Below are positions 49,601 through 63,800 of a stretch of DNA of 64,000 nucleotides, piece by piece. A program made the translations under genes and the position numbers. Under the pieces are notes generated by a model. The model saw nothing but the letters and a program-made list of their open reading frames with translations, had not been told where the DNA came from and searched no databases. Origin of the DNA: Convolutriloba macropyga (Eukaryota); contig NC_134477.1 in NCBI RefSeq assembly GCF_964194025.1, positions 30,814,001 to 30,878,000 on the forward strand, in the 5' to 3' direction. Numbering within the stretch: the stretch's first letter is position 1; each line of letters starts with the position of its first letter.

Positions 49601-52600
49601 AGGTCCAGAGAAAAGATAAGCATTTATATCAGAAGAACACTAATTTTCCAATCCTAAAACTTGGTCAGCCATTCTCCTATAAGCTAGATTGCTTGGATTG
49701 TCAAACTAATAAATCTGTATCTTAACTTTTAATAGCCCCCCAACAACAGTTCTTAGAATGTTCTCCGAGCTTCAATCACCGCAGTGGATACCAAAGATTC
49801 AAATAAATCCGAATCCAACGAAAACGCCTATTTTTTAATGAAATACTTTTTGGAACCATGTAGTTCAAAAAACAAAAACAACGCTATTGACGCATTAAAT
49901 ATAATATTTGACCATTTTTTGCTAAGAAAGGCACTTCTATCCATTAGTAAAAAATAACGGAAAAGAATTCATTAACGTTGAGTGTAAATATTTTTTGTTG
50001 TACACACACATGCAAATAGTTTTTGTCACCATTCACAAAATAAAAGATTGCAAGAAAAATTTTTTGCTTCCTGGATCCTTGATTGAGGAAAAGCTCGCAC
50101 TAATGTTTACAAAGCACATCGATTTTACTTAATCCAAAGTATTCATTTTTGAGCCATTTTTTGCCACAAACAAACCATTTTAATTTATTATCTATGAACT
50201 CCTCGTTAATAAATGAAACTCTAACGCATCTATAATATAATATATTATATAGATTAGAAGATTTTAACGTTCGAAAAAACGTTTGACACAGTATAATATT
50301 TCCCCCTACTTCGCCAATGAAATATTCATTCACAAACTTGTAGAGATTAAAATTTTGGAAAAGCTTTATTCAAAAACACCCAGTGAAACCGACGGTTATG
50401 AAACCTGTCTCTTTCCATGAAGAAAAACAAGAAATACCGTTCAAAACATAACCCAATTTTCTTCACAAACCACAAACGAACCCTCTGGACCAACTAATAT
50501 AAAATCAGTAAAATTATCTACTCTACGACGACAACCCCAAAAGACTAAAAATTATGCGTAATCCAAACTAATTTTTTTTTCTTGCACGAACTCTATGGTA
50601 TAGAATGTACACACACATAATTAACAACATTCAAAAACTTTCGTTCTAGCAGTATTTAGCTGAACACGAATAAGCATAACAAAATAAGTATATCCGAACT
50701 CTGCCCGGGTTGACAAAAATTTTTAGTCATAGAACTTTTATATCATGGAGCATCGACTTCATACATTCAAAAAGTCGTAAGAAATTGGTAGGACTACGAC
50801 TTCGTCATAGATGAAAGTTTTATGACTAAACTTTTTCATAAATGGAAGTTCTATGACTACAACTACTCCATAATGAAGGCTACAAAAAATAACAATTTTT
50901 TTCTCCTAAACAGGTTATCAAACTCTCTCAGTTCTTTCACACCTCTCTCCAATAGTTTCTTTAACTTACGTAAACCTATCACAAAGAACCGCCATTGTTT
51001 TCCCACGCGTGGGAAATTGTTTATTCCAATTGCTATTTTAGCACAACCAGAAATCTTCATCCAACCGGAAGTGCGGAAGGGACAAAAGCTGGCCATTAAC
51101 AACAGAAATAGTGATTTTGATGACAACAGAAAACTAATTTGACAGCTGGTTCACTGATTGATTTCTATTTTGAAAGATTTATATTTTTCCCCATCTTTAC
51201 TTGATTTCTTAATTACTTTCCCCTCTCTTTCACTCACAATTATTATACACAGATTAGTCTACGCCTTAAACTTATATTCTACCCAATGTGACTTTAATAT
51301 TTTCAGGAACCTCTGAAATTGAGTGACCAGCTCCAGCCATCAAATTTGAACCATCATATCCAGATACATTTTTTTGATCTCAATAGGAAAAAATTATCCA
51401 CTTGATGTACTATTGGGAATATTTCTCCCAAATTTTCCAGATTGTCTGTCATATAAAAACGTAATATAATCCCACCAGAGTATCCTTTCGCAGCCCCTCA
51501 AGCAACTACAAAACATTAAAATCTTCTAACTCTGGTAGTTCTCTTGATGGTGCACTATCTTTTTAACTATTGCAAAATTTGTCCACATAATAGACAAAAA
51601 TTAAATAATTATTGCGGCCCCTAGATTTTTGCCAACACAAAGTGACTCCTTAAAGCTATCGACTCTTTAACAGTCATTATAAAACATCTTTAATGAAAGC
51701 TGGAAAAAGGAGGAAAACCCCTACTCCGTCAATACTCCTTCCCAATCTTCAGACAGACTTCGTATTTTTAGGCACTCTCCCCCACTCTACCCCACTGTCG
51801 AAAACCCTTTATCGGTTACCCCACCCCAGTCCACCAACAACAACAACAGCGACCACAACAATTAGAACAACAGCAATAACAACAACAAGAACAATAAGGT
51901 AAATAAAATCTAATAAGGTACATAAAATGACTGATTAAAACTTCCATAGAACAAACATAGTTTTTCTCCAAACTCCGACTTACCACCATTAGCTCAACAA
52001 CCAAATTTTTCCCTAAATCAAAATTTTTCAAATTTGTTAATACTCTCCACAATCAATTTTATTAAATATTTCAAGCATTATAAAGTTTTCCACTACTTCA
52101 AAACATTTTGCAAACACAACAAGAACTCTAAGTTCAGATTTGTCACAATCAGTGCAAAATGTCCCAAGGAAAAGAACAAATTATTGCAAAAAATTAGTGT
52201 GGTTTCAAACGGGTCATCGTTACAGATTCACTGATTAACATTCTTCTCCAACCTCTATTAAATTAGCATACAATTCCTTGAATCCTCCCAAGGGACCAAT
52301 TTCTCAATTGGAACTATTCTTTGCGAATAAACGTGGAATCAATCTTTTAGTTTAGTATACTTCTTCCTCTGTTTGTGAAGCTCACTGCTTCTTGGCTCTG
52401 ATGGAACACCTCCTATACTTGTTTTGAGCTCAAGTACAACAACGCCTCACCTGAATCAGCACGCTTATCATCGTTTGGGCAAAACTTTTGACAAAAGTGT
52501 CACCTATCCTAATTTACGTCCAGGATTAGTCCCACAATTTATAATACACCCACCCCTCCTATTTGGAAACCATTATAACGGAGGAACTTTACTTTTTTTG

Positions 52601-53299
52601 GCAAAGCAAATCAAGTCAGAAGAAAGCATCAGTCAATTTTAGAAACCAAGGGCCCAATTACAAAAACAGAGAGACAGAATCAAAGAACTGCTACGATACA
52701 CAAAAACAAAATTTTCTGTTGATATTGTTATCAAAAAGGCAGATTTATTTTTCGTCCACAATACACCACTTCACTTGTTTTGTGCAAAAAAACAGACCCC
52801 CGCCATTTTTTTGCCACGGAAAACATTATAAATTTGATCGCTACGCTGTAAGCGCAGCAGGATTTTTTAATACTATAATACTCACTCAAAATCTTACATA
52901 TTTCCGCTCCAAATGCAATAAAGTTTTCATTATTTTTTTCTATTCAATCTAAGCATCCGTAAAACAACCTAATACAATTGCTCAACAAAACATTTCAATT
53001 CCCAAATCGAGATAAAAAACTCATAGTAGCACACAACGACTGTTCCCCAAAAAAACATACAACCATGCAAGAGTACAAGTTTTAAAAAATCAGTGAATGC
53101 AAAAAAATCCCGCCGTAAAACGCCTCAGTGATGGAGATGATTTTGCCACAAAATCGCCCTTAAATTTTGATTGCTATAATTGGTATTTCAAAAATCTGGA
53201 ATCCCATTTCATTCACACAGACACTGAAGATCTTTGAGAACTTCCACAGCTCGGACCTTTAAAAAAATCAGTTTAAAGGATAAGTTATCTAGTTTGATC

Positions 53300-53550
53300 A
53301 CTTAGAGGATCCAATGTGCCAATCTAATACCAAAGCTTGACCAGGAAGTTTTTGATTTGATGGCTGAAATTCATTCGCCTTCCAATACGAAATTTCAGTA
53401 CACGACCCTTCAGGTCATAACTGGGTTGTTGCTGCAACTCACTAATGTAACACTCACTCTGGAGTGATAATCATAAAGTTTTTATTAGAAACGCACTCGA
53501 ATTAAGAGTGATAATGAATCGGGGTACGAAAATCAACCATTTGCGCAAAA
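53300..53550 (+). pseudogene. dUTPase-like remnant
   Basis: Across frames: TKA*PGSF*FD (motif 1, cf. TKATPGSAGFDL), VITGLLLQL, SGVI..IKFLL, NRGTKINHL (cf. GDRIAQL). Motif 2 and most of motif 3 appear deleted. Confidence 0.45.
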
Positions 53551-55430
53551 AAACTACTGTCATTCTGTAACCTAAAGAGCACTATCCAATTTTTTTTACT
53601 TAGGTTGACCACAGGCCCGAATGATAAAAATCTGGAGCGAATACTCATCGAACAACCACAAACAACGAAACGGACACCGGACACCAACACTGTGCCCACG
53701 TGTACAAAACCAGTTTCTAGGTCTAGTGGCATGAGAAATCGGCTTTTTCTCGATTCAAAGTAACGGTTGAACAACTTCACAAATGTAACAATGTTTGTCT
53801 TTATTACGCTGCATAATAATAAGATTTGTTTGTACAATAAAGCAAAGGTTTTGTTTTGCCACAGGCAAACGCGCAATGAGAGTTCAGGACGGTTACCCTA
53901 CAAAACCGTAAAACCACTCTCGGTATCCCCTAACACGAAAGCAGACTTTTGAAATGGTTATATTTTACCGCTTGAAACGAAAGTCTATCGTAAGTCTGAA
54001 AAGTATAAACATTTTAGATAACAAAATTGGTTTGACGCTGTACATCCAAAACAATTATTTGGGTACTGTCAGAAACGGATGAAACCAGTCTGGCAGTTTT
54101 CAAATATCTATGCAATTGAGATAGAGATCTTAAACTCACCGCCTCTGTTGTTTTAAGGCAAGAATTCCTTGTACTCTTAATATTTCGATGTAAGTCAGTC
54201 TTTTCCATTTTATGTACTTGAAAACCATTGTTTGGAACGCATGCAACTTTTCTATCAAAATAAAGTACATTTTGGTGATCATTTAACTGATATCGTCTTA
54301 CCCACCTTACCCAATTAACCCGCGAAGCTGCAAAAAAATATTCACGCCCGACAATATAGGGCGCCATTTTTCTCAAATTATTTTGACCGCTCAACAAATT
54401 ATCCCATTTCGTCATAGTGATTGGGCACACTCTACAGACAGAAATAATTTTAGCCAATTAGTAGATGACACAGCAGAGGTTTCTGAAGTCACCCAAGCGG
54501 TAATTTTTGCAGAACTTGCAAGACAGGCACAACTTCAAGCACATTAGTAGTAATCTGAACAACTGGACATGTAATCTGAACAATTATTGAGACCAAAGGT
54601 AACTTTGGCACGCATAATTTTCTCAGCTAAACGTTCAAAATGCAAGCGTCAATTTTATGCCAGATCAACGGTGAAATAAATGTCATTATCTAATAAAATG
54701 ATCTCTTTGTGCAAACTTTCAAGACCTCACAAAATAGGCGAGACTGTTAAAAAGGTGTAACTTTTTTTATTGATAATAGAATTTACTTGTCCCCCGCAAA
54801 ACTGCTTCAATTAGGCCAAATTTTGATGACTTGAAACTCTCGATTAAATAATAACCAGTTCGGAAACCAAAAGAAGTTTTTTCCAAGGTCGAGAAAAGTG
54901 CCTTTTTGAAACCATTGAACTCTGAACACAGGACTACAACAAAACTTAAATTCATTGATGCGTGTTGTGAAATGCAACGCTCTAACCTACTTCACCTTGA
55001 TATGGTTCAAACTGAATTAAATTTTTTGTGTCCTTTCATCCTTCGAATTTGATTGAGTCAAAGACATATTATACTTATTTTCTAAACCTAAGTTGACTAT
55101 TTTTGTTTGTTCTAGTTTTGATGAGAATAAAGTAGTTCATTAGCTAGTGCAATTTTGATTAATTCATGGTTGATCAAACTTACATCCTTTTCTGTTGGTT
55201 CAATGTTGTTTGTGTGAACAGGTGTGAGAGAATAGGTTGTTTATAAATATGAGTAAGCAAATTAGTATTCATTCTAACAAATAGACAATCGTCAAAGAGA
55301 TACGGTATACAGCAAAATATACTAATCTAAATTTGATTTTTAACAACCACCTGATTATACCTAAATTTACTATAGTAATTGTCTCGTCACTATTTTTTCT
55401 ACTGTCAAAAAGACCAAAAAGTGGAAAATA

Positions 55431-55686
55431 ATGAAAATATATATTTCATTGTCACTAGTGATTTTCAGCCTAGTTAGAGATATAGCGCCTTATGTTTTTG
55501 AAGGAGCGTCCACAGAGAGGTTAAAGAATAGTTTGATCAACAATATTATTAACGGAAAGCCGACAAGAACCAGGGATTTCGCTGTGCTTCTAAGACGAAC
55601 TGAAGGCGATGAAGTGTTTTGTGGAGCTACCATTATAGATGTTTATTGGGCTATAACCGCAGCTCATTGCGTCTACAATATTCCAG
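55431..55686 (+). CDS. Exon 1 of a second secreted trypsin-fold gene (paralogue of the 15142 gene)
   Basis: Signal-like N-terminus, [24 protein letters not shown]. Phase-1 donor CCAG|GTGAGA at the same position as in the first paralogue. Downstream exons not found in this window. Confidence 0.8.
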
Positions 55687-57874
55687 GTGAGAAAGAAATT
55701 GACAATTTTCAGTCTGTTTTGTAATAAGAACAAAGTAAATTTTAATACTCTTCCTTTGCGTAAATTTGGTTTATATAGAACCAACATCTAATTTGAGAAG
55801 CATAGTAAAAAATTTTTTCTTAGTCATTGCTTTTTCTAAGGGGCTGCGAAGAAAAGTGGCAAGAATCCATTGTTGATGTCAAGCTATCGTTTTAAAAATG
55901 TTTTCTTATAATCCAAACTACATTTTTAAGACCAGGACATATGGCAGTGGAGAAAGAAAATCAATTATTAAAACTCCAAATATGAGTCCGGGAACTTACT
56001 CCCGCCAGAAATAGACCTGTACGGAACAAACCCATTGAAATGAACCACCACAACCAAAGTGACTTTTCGGCTATTGAATTTTGATCACTTGTTTGGTTGT
56101 AATATAAGCATGCCAAGTCCTACAGTCCAGAATCTCCTGCGTTCGTGTCCAGAATTTAATGAGTTCAAAGACAGACAAAATGCAATAGCTACACATAGCT
56201 TTCATAATTGAACTTAACATAATTTAGTATATATATCCTCAAAAGTACTAACTGGTTAATAGAGTTATAAAAAGCTTTGTGTCAACTTAGAAAACGCTTT
56301 GCAATTTTTTGGCTTAATATGATGTCCCCTGGCTTGTAAGGCATAAATATGTTGTTTCTCAGCTTAATCTACTTTGTTTAGAACAAGAAATAAAATGTTT
56401 AAATTCAACGCAAAAGAGTGAGTGCCTTTCTTTTCGCATTTGACATTTGGCTATTTATTTTTACTCTAGTGAGTTTCGGCTTGACTTTCTGACTCGAAAG
56501 CTGCCACTTAAGTAGGTACTCCTGTGTAAGAGTGCTATGCCTTCTTATTGGTATTAGTTTCTTATCAGGGCCGAAAAATTAGGATGCGGTCATGTCCAGA
56601 ATTGTGTGCGTTCAGGTCCAGACTTTGGTGCGTACATGTACAGACTTTAATTTGTTTATCGATATTTCTACTTTATGTAATTTGGAATACCCGACGCCTC
56701 CCCCGTGCTTTCATCTTCGGTCTGGGCACACTTGATTCCGTCTGGACCTCACATTGGGAAATGCGCTAAATGCGCAGCTCATAACTGTCCAGTGGATATA
56801 AATCTGCGTTAGGATTTTTTTATTCTTTCCCTTGGGAGTTTATTTATCCTCCAAAATTAAATGGTTTCGCCAAAACTGTTTTGAAGAGTAGATACTATAA
56901 AAAAAATGTTGTTTTCGAGCTCCAAACCATAAGTTATGTCCATGCTTCACCAGCAAAATTAGAAAACTTAAAAGTATTTAAAGACCCGAAAAAGGGACAA
57001 ATTTGAAGCCAGAGCAGTTTTTCTTTGGATAAACTACAGCGTGCCGAAATGGAACCGAAGAGGGTTTAAAATTAAACCATTTTCCTTGATTATTTTGTTA
57101 TCCAGGTAAAACGATTACGGGTTATTTTGTTAAAATGTCTCAAGTCCCACCAGAATTTTGACCGAAAAAACTTTCTCATAAATTTCAAAATATTTTTCTG
57201 AGGTGGAAAGAATTGTGGTCACCATTTGAGCGGAAGAGACACACGCAAAAAAAGGTATCATCTATCAACCAAATAAATTAAAGCCCATCTTTTCTCAAAA
57301 TTGCCGAGGTGACTTTCATTGCTTCCACCATAAAACTGCTCAAGGTTACTGTTGCGGCTTCCCGAGAATCTCAGCGGGACAAAATTATCTCAGCCTACTT
57401 CTCGAGCTTTACGCCGGCCTGATTCTTTACTGAATCCAATTGCCTAATGATCTCGTGGAAAAGTTTAATAACTCCGACATTTAAAGGACTGTAACTTCAA
57501 TTTTGTTGATTGAAGTTAAGAATTTGTTTAGTGAAAAACTAAAATCAATTTTTAAAGCTCCATCAGGGTTAGTAATGTTTCTAGTTTATTGTCAAGAAAG
57601 TTCTTGTCTCGATCATAACTTAAATTAGAGTTAAACACTGAAAGTGATGAAGAATTAAATTTTAGTGTTTTCTGAGAACCAACTGCTCTTGGTAACAGTT
57701 TCAAATGAACTTAAATACAAAATGGTTTCACTTTTCAAACAATTTGGTTAGAATAATTGATGAGGTAGATATCATTTTTAACATCAATGCTACTCGATTC
57801 TGATTGATTAATTAAGTAAGTGTATTAGATCAGTATGTGCATATTAAATGTCAGATTACTGCATTATTTACTTT

Positions 57875-60800
57875 TGTTGACATAGACAAGGCTGATACGT
57901 ATATAAATCTATATGCCTCAAATGTACGCAACTCGATCACAAGTAAACACTTAAAAGATCATAGAGTAAATACTTTAAAAACTTAGACAACAATTAATAA
58001 ACTATCAAAAAAGCACTTTTTGCACCATATAGGAATAGCCACACTTGTGGGTCTGATGCCAGAACGTTTGTTGGCTCCATGAATAACCCATAGCGTACCC
58101 TAACCGTGTGCTTTAACTTCGAGTCACTCAGATCTTCCTTTTCCAAAATCGGTTTGGTGTACAAACTTTCGGCACGAACTTGTGCAAAATTTTCATTTTT
58201 TTGACCATTTCTGAGTTTTAACAACTTCTAAGTTTTTTAGTTTCAAAATTTATGACTTGCGTACTGATGGCAATACATGCTGATTTGAAGTGGTGCCAAC
58301 ATGGCTGACCTTGTTTTTTATCTCGAAAACACCATGTGCCATCTTGTCTCTCGATAATCGTATGACGCCATGGTCGCCTTTGAAGACCTGTTTTACTCTT
58401 CCCATTTTGTACTCACCTCGTTTCACTGAACCATCTATCATCCAAGCAAGTTCTGCTTCTTTTAGTTTTGACTTATCTTCTTTTGACCACTTCAATCTTT
58501 GGCTCCTTTGGGGAAGATATTCACGAGTCCAACTTTCCCGATCTTGTCGGCATATATTTGAGCCAATTTGAAGGACTTTCTCAGGTCATGGTAGCTCTCG
58601 CCAGATGTCATAAATGGATTACTCGTGTTTTCTTGCCCTAAAAGATTAGGTGGGATTGCTGTCAAATCTTCTTGGCGTTCACTTACTTCTGTCAGTTGCC
58701 TTGCGTTGAAAGTTTGTTCTGCAAGAAGCTTTGTTGTGCTAAGTACCTTGTCTGTGAGGCTTCGGTTGATCACGATTGCAATCATGTTTTTCTTGCAAAT
58801 TTGAACCAGTCTCTCCCAGGTTCCACTGAAATGTGGGGCTCCAGCAGGGTTGAAATTCCAAACAATCTTTTTCTGTGCTATGTCACTTTCAATCTAAGCT
58901 TTGACCCACTCGATCAGGACTGCTTTAGTTCTTTGGATGCTCCAACGAAGTTCTTGCCGTTGTCACTGATGATGGTACTTGTTTAGCCAAGTCTTGTAAT
59001 AATTCATTTAACTGCATCTAGACATGACTCGGTGTCCTATGACTGTGCGACTTCGATGTCCACTGCGCTCGTTGTTAGACAAGTGAAGAGGCAGCACCAA
59101 CTATTCGCGGTACGTCGTAGAGAGTTCACTTCAAAAGGTCCGAAGTCATGGGTGAATGGGAAAACATGTTCGTCGGGTCGTTTTCGGGGTAGGTCCGGCA
59201 TCGGTGATTGAAATGGGTTGGCGTTCCTGTGTCTGTATTTGATACGTCTTAAATTTATTTTACTGAAAGCAATTTGCAACCCAGTGATTCAAAACTCTTG
59301 TTGGAGAATCTTTCTGACATATTCTTTGCCTTTATGTAGATTGTCGCGGTCCAACAGAATTTGTGCAACAGGATGCTTCGCATTTAACAATATTGGGTGT
59401 TTGACCTTGTATTAAAGGTTTCAATAATTCGGTCGACTCTTCATTCAAATTGTTCCATCTAATTCTATGAAGGGTGAGTTATGGCAATGTTCAATGTTTC
59501 TGAGATCTCATTGCTGCCTGTTTTCGACTTTGAAACATTCGCGAAGCTTTTGCTTTGTACAAATCGAAACAGTATTTGCTCTGCTTGATGGATCTCGTCT
59601 TCTTTTAGAGGTCCCTTCTGCTTCCTCTTGAACCTCATGCAGCAGGCAATAAAGTTTGTAATTCTACTGAAACTGTTGTTGCGGTTTCAGTCAATTGGTT
59701 GCTTAGCTTGTGATTCTGTATCTACAGCACTGATAGCTTGCTTGTGACCGACCGTCGTTCTCTTGACAACACGGCTTTGGCCACTTATCTTTGTCCTTTT
59801 ATATGCATGCCCGTTTAACCACACAGAATCCCGGAGGCCTTCAATGGACATTCTGCGGGTTCCGATGTCAGCAGGGTGTGCAACACCTTTGACATGTCCA
59901 AATTGATCCATAAATGACTTTCCCAGTATTTCCGCTGCTCTGTTCACAACGAAAACTTGTTGTTTGTTGTGCGCTGCTTGTAGCCATTGCAGTGGCGTTA
60001 ATGACGGAGTCCAATGATAGATTTTAACAATTCGGACAACAAGTTTGCTGAGTATCTGCTTTCTGAGCCGAGCTTTGTAAACTGCGACCTGGAGTTCTAA
60101 CTTCAATATTGTCATGTGTCTGATGGGTGCTACACAACTTTTCCCTGTTACATAGGTCAGTCTCAATGGTCATATTGCAGATATACCACGATGCACATTG
60201 TTTCTTCTGATGCATCGCTAAAGATGTTAAATCTCAGGTTTGAAAATCCATTTTCAAAATAAAGTCTGTTTAATGACATTGATCTTATCTCCTCAGCTCA
60301 GAGCACCAATCAATGAACAGTTGTGTGTGGTCAGCTAAAACATTTATGTTCCATGCTTGCCTTATTGCTTCCAAATGCTTTTAAGTAGAAACCGCATTCG
60401 TATGGTGAGGGTTGAACATAATGTCCGAGCACTGCCGAGCACTGCTGAGACAAACGACAAGACAAGTGTCTCAGTTATTTTTGCTGTATTTTTGAATTTT
60501 CTCAATCAGTTCGGCAACAGTCAATGGGACTGTCTGTTTCAACGTTCCAGTTCAATCCTAGGATAGAAAATGATTGTGTTTTTGCTTCGAAAGTCTTGAC
60601 AACTATCCTTGATCTGTCTGCCTCTGGGATTTATGACTTGACTTCATCGTCACCTATTATCCATTTCGTCAAATTGAACCCACCTTTGATGAGGATGTCT
60701 CTGACTTTCTGGTAGATTTCGATTGCTTCTTGAGGGGTTCTGACTGACTTTAGGAAGTTGTCCATGTAGAAGTTTTGCTGAACCGTTCTGAAAAGACTTT

Positions 60801-63800
60801 TGTCGTTGACTGCATTACCTTTTGCCAATTGGTTCACCGTGTTTTTGCACATCTGGGCAAACTTTTCGCCCCAAAAACGTGTCTTGTGTACTCGTGCACT
60901 TCTGTATTTCGCTCCGGATGGTGTCGTCACGGAAATTGTAGAAATCGGCTGTTGTCGTCTGGGAGAGCGATTTGAAGAAACATTGCTTCTATATTGGCTG
61001 ATAATGCTATTTGGTGTTCTCGGAAGCGGAAAATAATTCCGATAAAACTCTGCAGCCCGTCAGTTTCAGATAAAAATGTGTCATTGAGGGCTACGCCTTG
61101 ATACTTTGCTGACGTGAAGCACACTCTTAGGACTCATTCAGGCTTATGCGGGTTATTGAAAGAATGATGAGGCATTTAACATTGTAGTTTGAATCGGTTT
61201 TCATTCAGTTAAGTTTGATCAACTTTCGGAACGTATCCAGCATTGACATCGGTGTCAGTGGTTTCTGTATAGCGCATCATTAGGGGTTCGTCGTAATTCT
61301 GAAGGCGTCGTTCTAGTAAATTGAACTCCCAAAAGGTTTTTGGTAACTTCACTCCTTCTTCTAGCCACAGAAATCCAATTTCTTTCACTAATTGAGTTGT
61401 TTGCGTTGAGTCACTGAATCGCGTTGTTTGCTCCAACGTCTTGATTGCTCGTTGTTCTTCTTTTGAATGACCGATGACGTCGCAGTTTGTGGCTTAGGAC
61501 TCGATATCCCATCATTTACTCAACTGGTTTGCTATTTTATTATATGCAATTGATGTTGCTCTTGTAGCAAGAGTTGCTGCTTGCTTAGCTGATAGCGGAC
61601 CACTTAGGGCTCAGGTAATCTTTGATTTCTCTGCCCGTGGTGCAACTTTGTATTCTTACTTCTTGAAATCGAGAAGGTGATGAATGTCATGTTAGTTTTG
61701 TCCAAGAATCGCCTTAACCTCATTTAGATTGTAGGTCTGATTCGCAAGCTCCTCAAATTTGGGTAAAGGCTTTCAACTCTTGCAGCTCCACAATCTGGTC
61801 AACCAAATTGAGTTTCTCGTGCTAATAGAATTGCACTTTTGTCAATGGTCGAAACTTCTCATCAGCCGAAACAGCTTTCGGCACTATTTCAATCTGAACA
61901 CCGTGTGAGCCATGGATCCCTGCTACCGATAAGGACGCTTTCCGGAATTGTTGTTGAAGTTTAAATACCGCTGATTTATTTTCAAATAATATTGAGGATC
62001 CCGAGTCAGTCACACATTGCTAGCACAATTAAGATTAAGTTTCTGTTTGTCGAATTGATCCGCACCACTTGGAGTCCACCTTGAGTTATGTTAGTTGCCA
62101 CTGACGTTGTAGCATCCGATATGTTTTTTGTAGTTTCCTTTTTTGAGAAATTGCTGCGCCAAAGTCTGTTGTGTCGCCTTTCAAAGTTGGGTACACTACA
62201 TGTACTGTTTTTGCATTCCTGTGACATACGGCCTCTTCTCAAACTATTGAAAAAAGTCGGAATTTCTGGATATGCTCTGGTCGTTCATTTGCTTTCATTG
62301 ATTAGAACTTTTCACGAGTCTAAATGGAGTATTGTCCGTCTTTGACGGGACTTTCTTGGTTCTGGGGTTTGCTTGAGGCGTCAGCGTTTGAGGCAAAGAT
62401 ACTCATCTTCGGCTTATCGGGGCTTTGAAATTTATCTCTGTCAAACGACAATTTGTCTGTGCAAACAAATTCTCATAAAAAACCACTTTGTATGCAAACC
62501 ACACTTCAAAAACAATCAGGTTTCCGCTCAGTAGTCCACGAATTTTCATATACTGTAATCGTCCTTCTCTCAGTTGTGGAGAAGATTTTTATACGTTTAT
62601 ACGTTGCTGAACTTAGCCCTGCTACTGCTACTAAGTCGGATGTGTATCCTAGTTGAGTTAAACTGTTTACCATATTTGTAATCTCATTTGCAAGTTTAAC
62701 GATGCTCGTAGACTTGTGGTGCCAAACTTGAGGTTTAGTTTGTATTTTCTTGAATTGAGCTTTGACTATGACATCTGATCTGACAGAGTATATTACAAGC
62801 ATGATAGTAAGATTGTGAGCTTAATCTTATTCCCGATATTGTTGCTTTCGATGATGAGACTGGTTTTCAGGTATTGCAGAATTTCAGTATCGCTGTTTTT
62901 TTTATGAAATACAACATCAAACAGACACCACCACAGTGGCCTGCCCGAAAGATCCCACGAATTTTACTTTCTGCAAATCACTGGCACCACCGCTCTCTAA
63001 TGGTTGGCAAATGACTTGTGAATTGGTTTGGTTCACTTTGTTCCTTTCTACTCTCGGCAGATCTGTTCCGATAGTTTTATGTGGGGCTCTGACTTCTGTT
63101 TCTGTTTTGGAATGCGATTGTTTCTTGCTGCTGAAATGTCGTCTTCGTCAACGGCGCTTGCGAATCCGTCACTTTAATTCTTTTGTGGACTTCTGGTTTC
63201 ATGAGAATCTCGGCTCGGTCAATTTTGCTAAAAAGATTCCTAAACCTGGTTGAAACAGCGGGCAAGTTTTCGGATAGGCACTGAAACGTTTGCCGTCTCT
63301 GGCTGGTGTGACATTTGTTGGAGGGTCGATAACACCGTCTGGGGATAGTGGCCGGCTAGGGACAGACCGTTGAGCCAATGATTTTGTCCACCCTGTTGTT
63401 TTTTCGTTATTTACTTTTAATGCATCACTTTCTATCTCATCTGCCACTGATCCGGATGCTCTTGAGCATCGATTGGTCAGCTCAAGTTTTAGAAGTTTTA
63501 GCTCTTCGACCGCATCAGCTTTCTTTTTTTCCTTTTCATTTTCAAGGGCCCGCTCATGCAGTCTCAGACGTAGTTCGGCCTCCTGCTGTTGCAAATTTGG
63601 AGGTAACTCTTGTTCTTGTTGTTGCTGCTGTAAATGTAATCTTTTATTGACAGTTCATTCAAAATTGGATCAGCAGCTTCTACTAATTGAATGCTCGCAA
63701 TGTGTTTTTCCGACAGTCAACAAATTCAGTGTGGAAACTTTCAATGTCTCAGAGAAAGGGCACTTTGTCAACTACTCATCACAAAGCTTTAATCTTTTCT

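Noticed and set aside
50704-50880. CCCGGGT-start fragment with GTCATAG/CTATGAC repeats
   Set aside because: Probably a truncated MITE; no matching right TIR found, so not listed as a feature.
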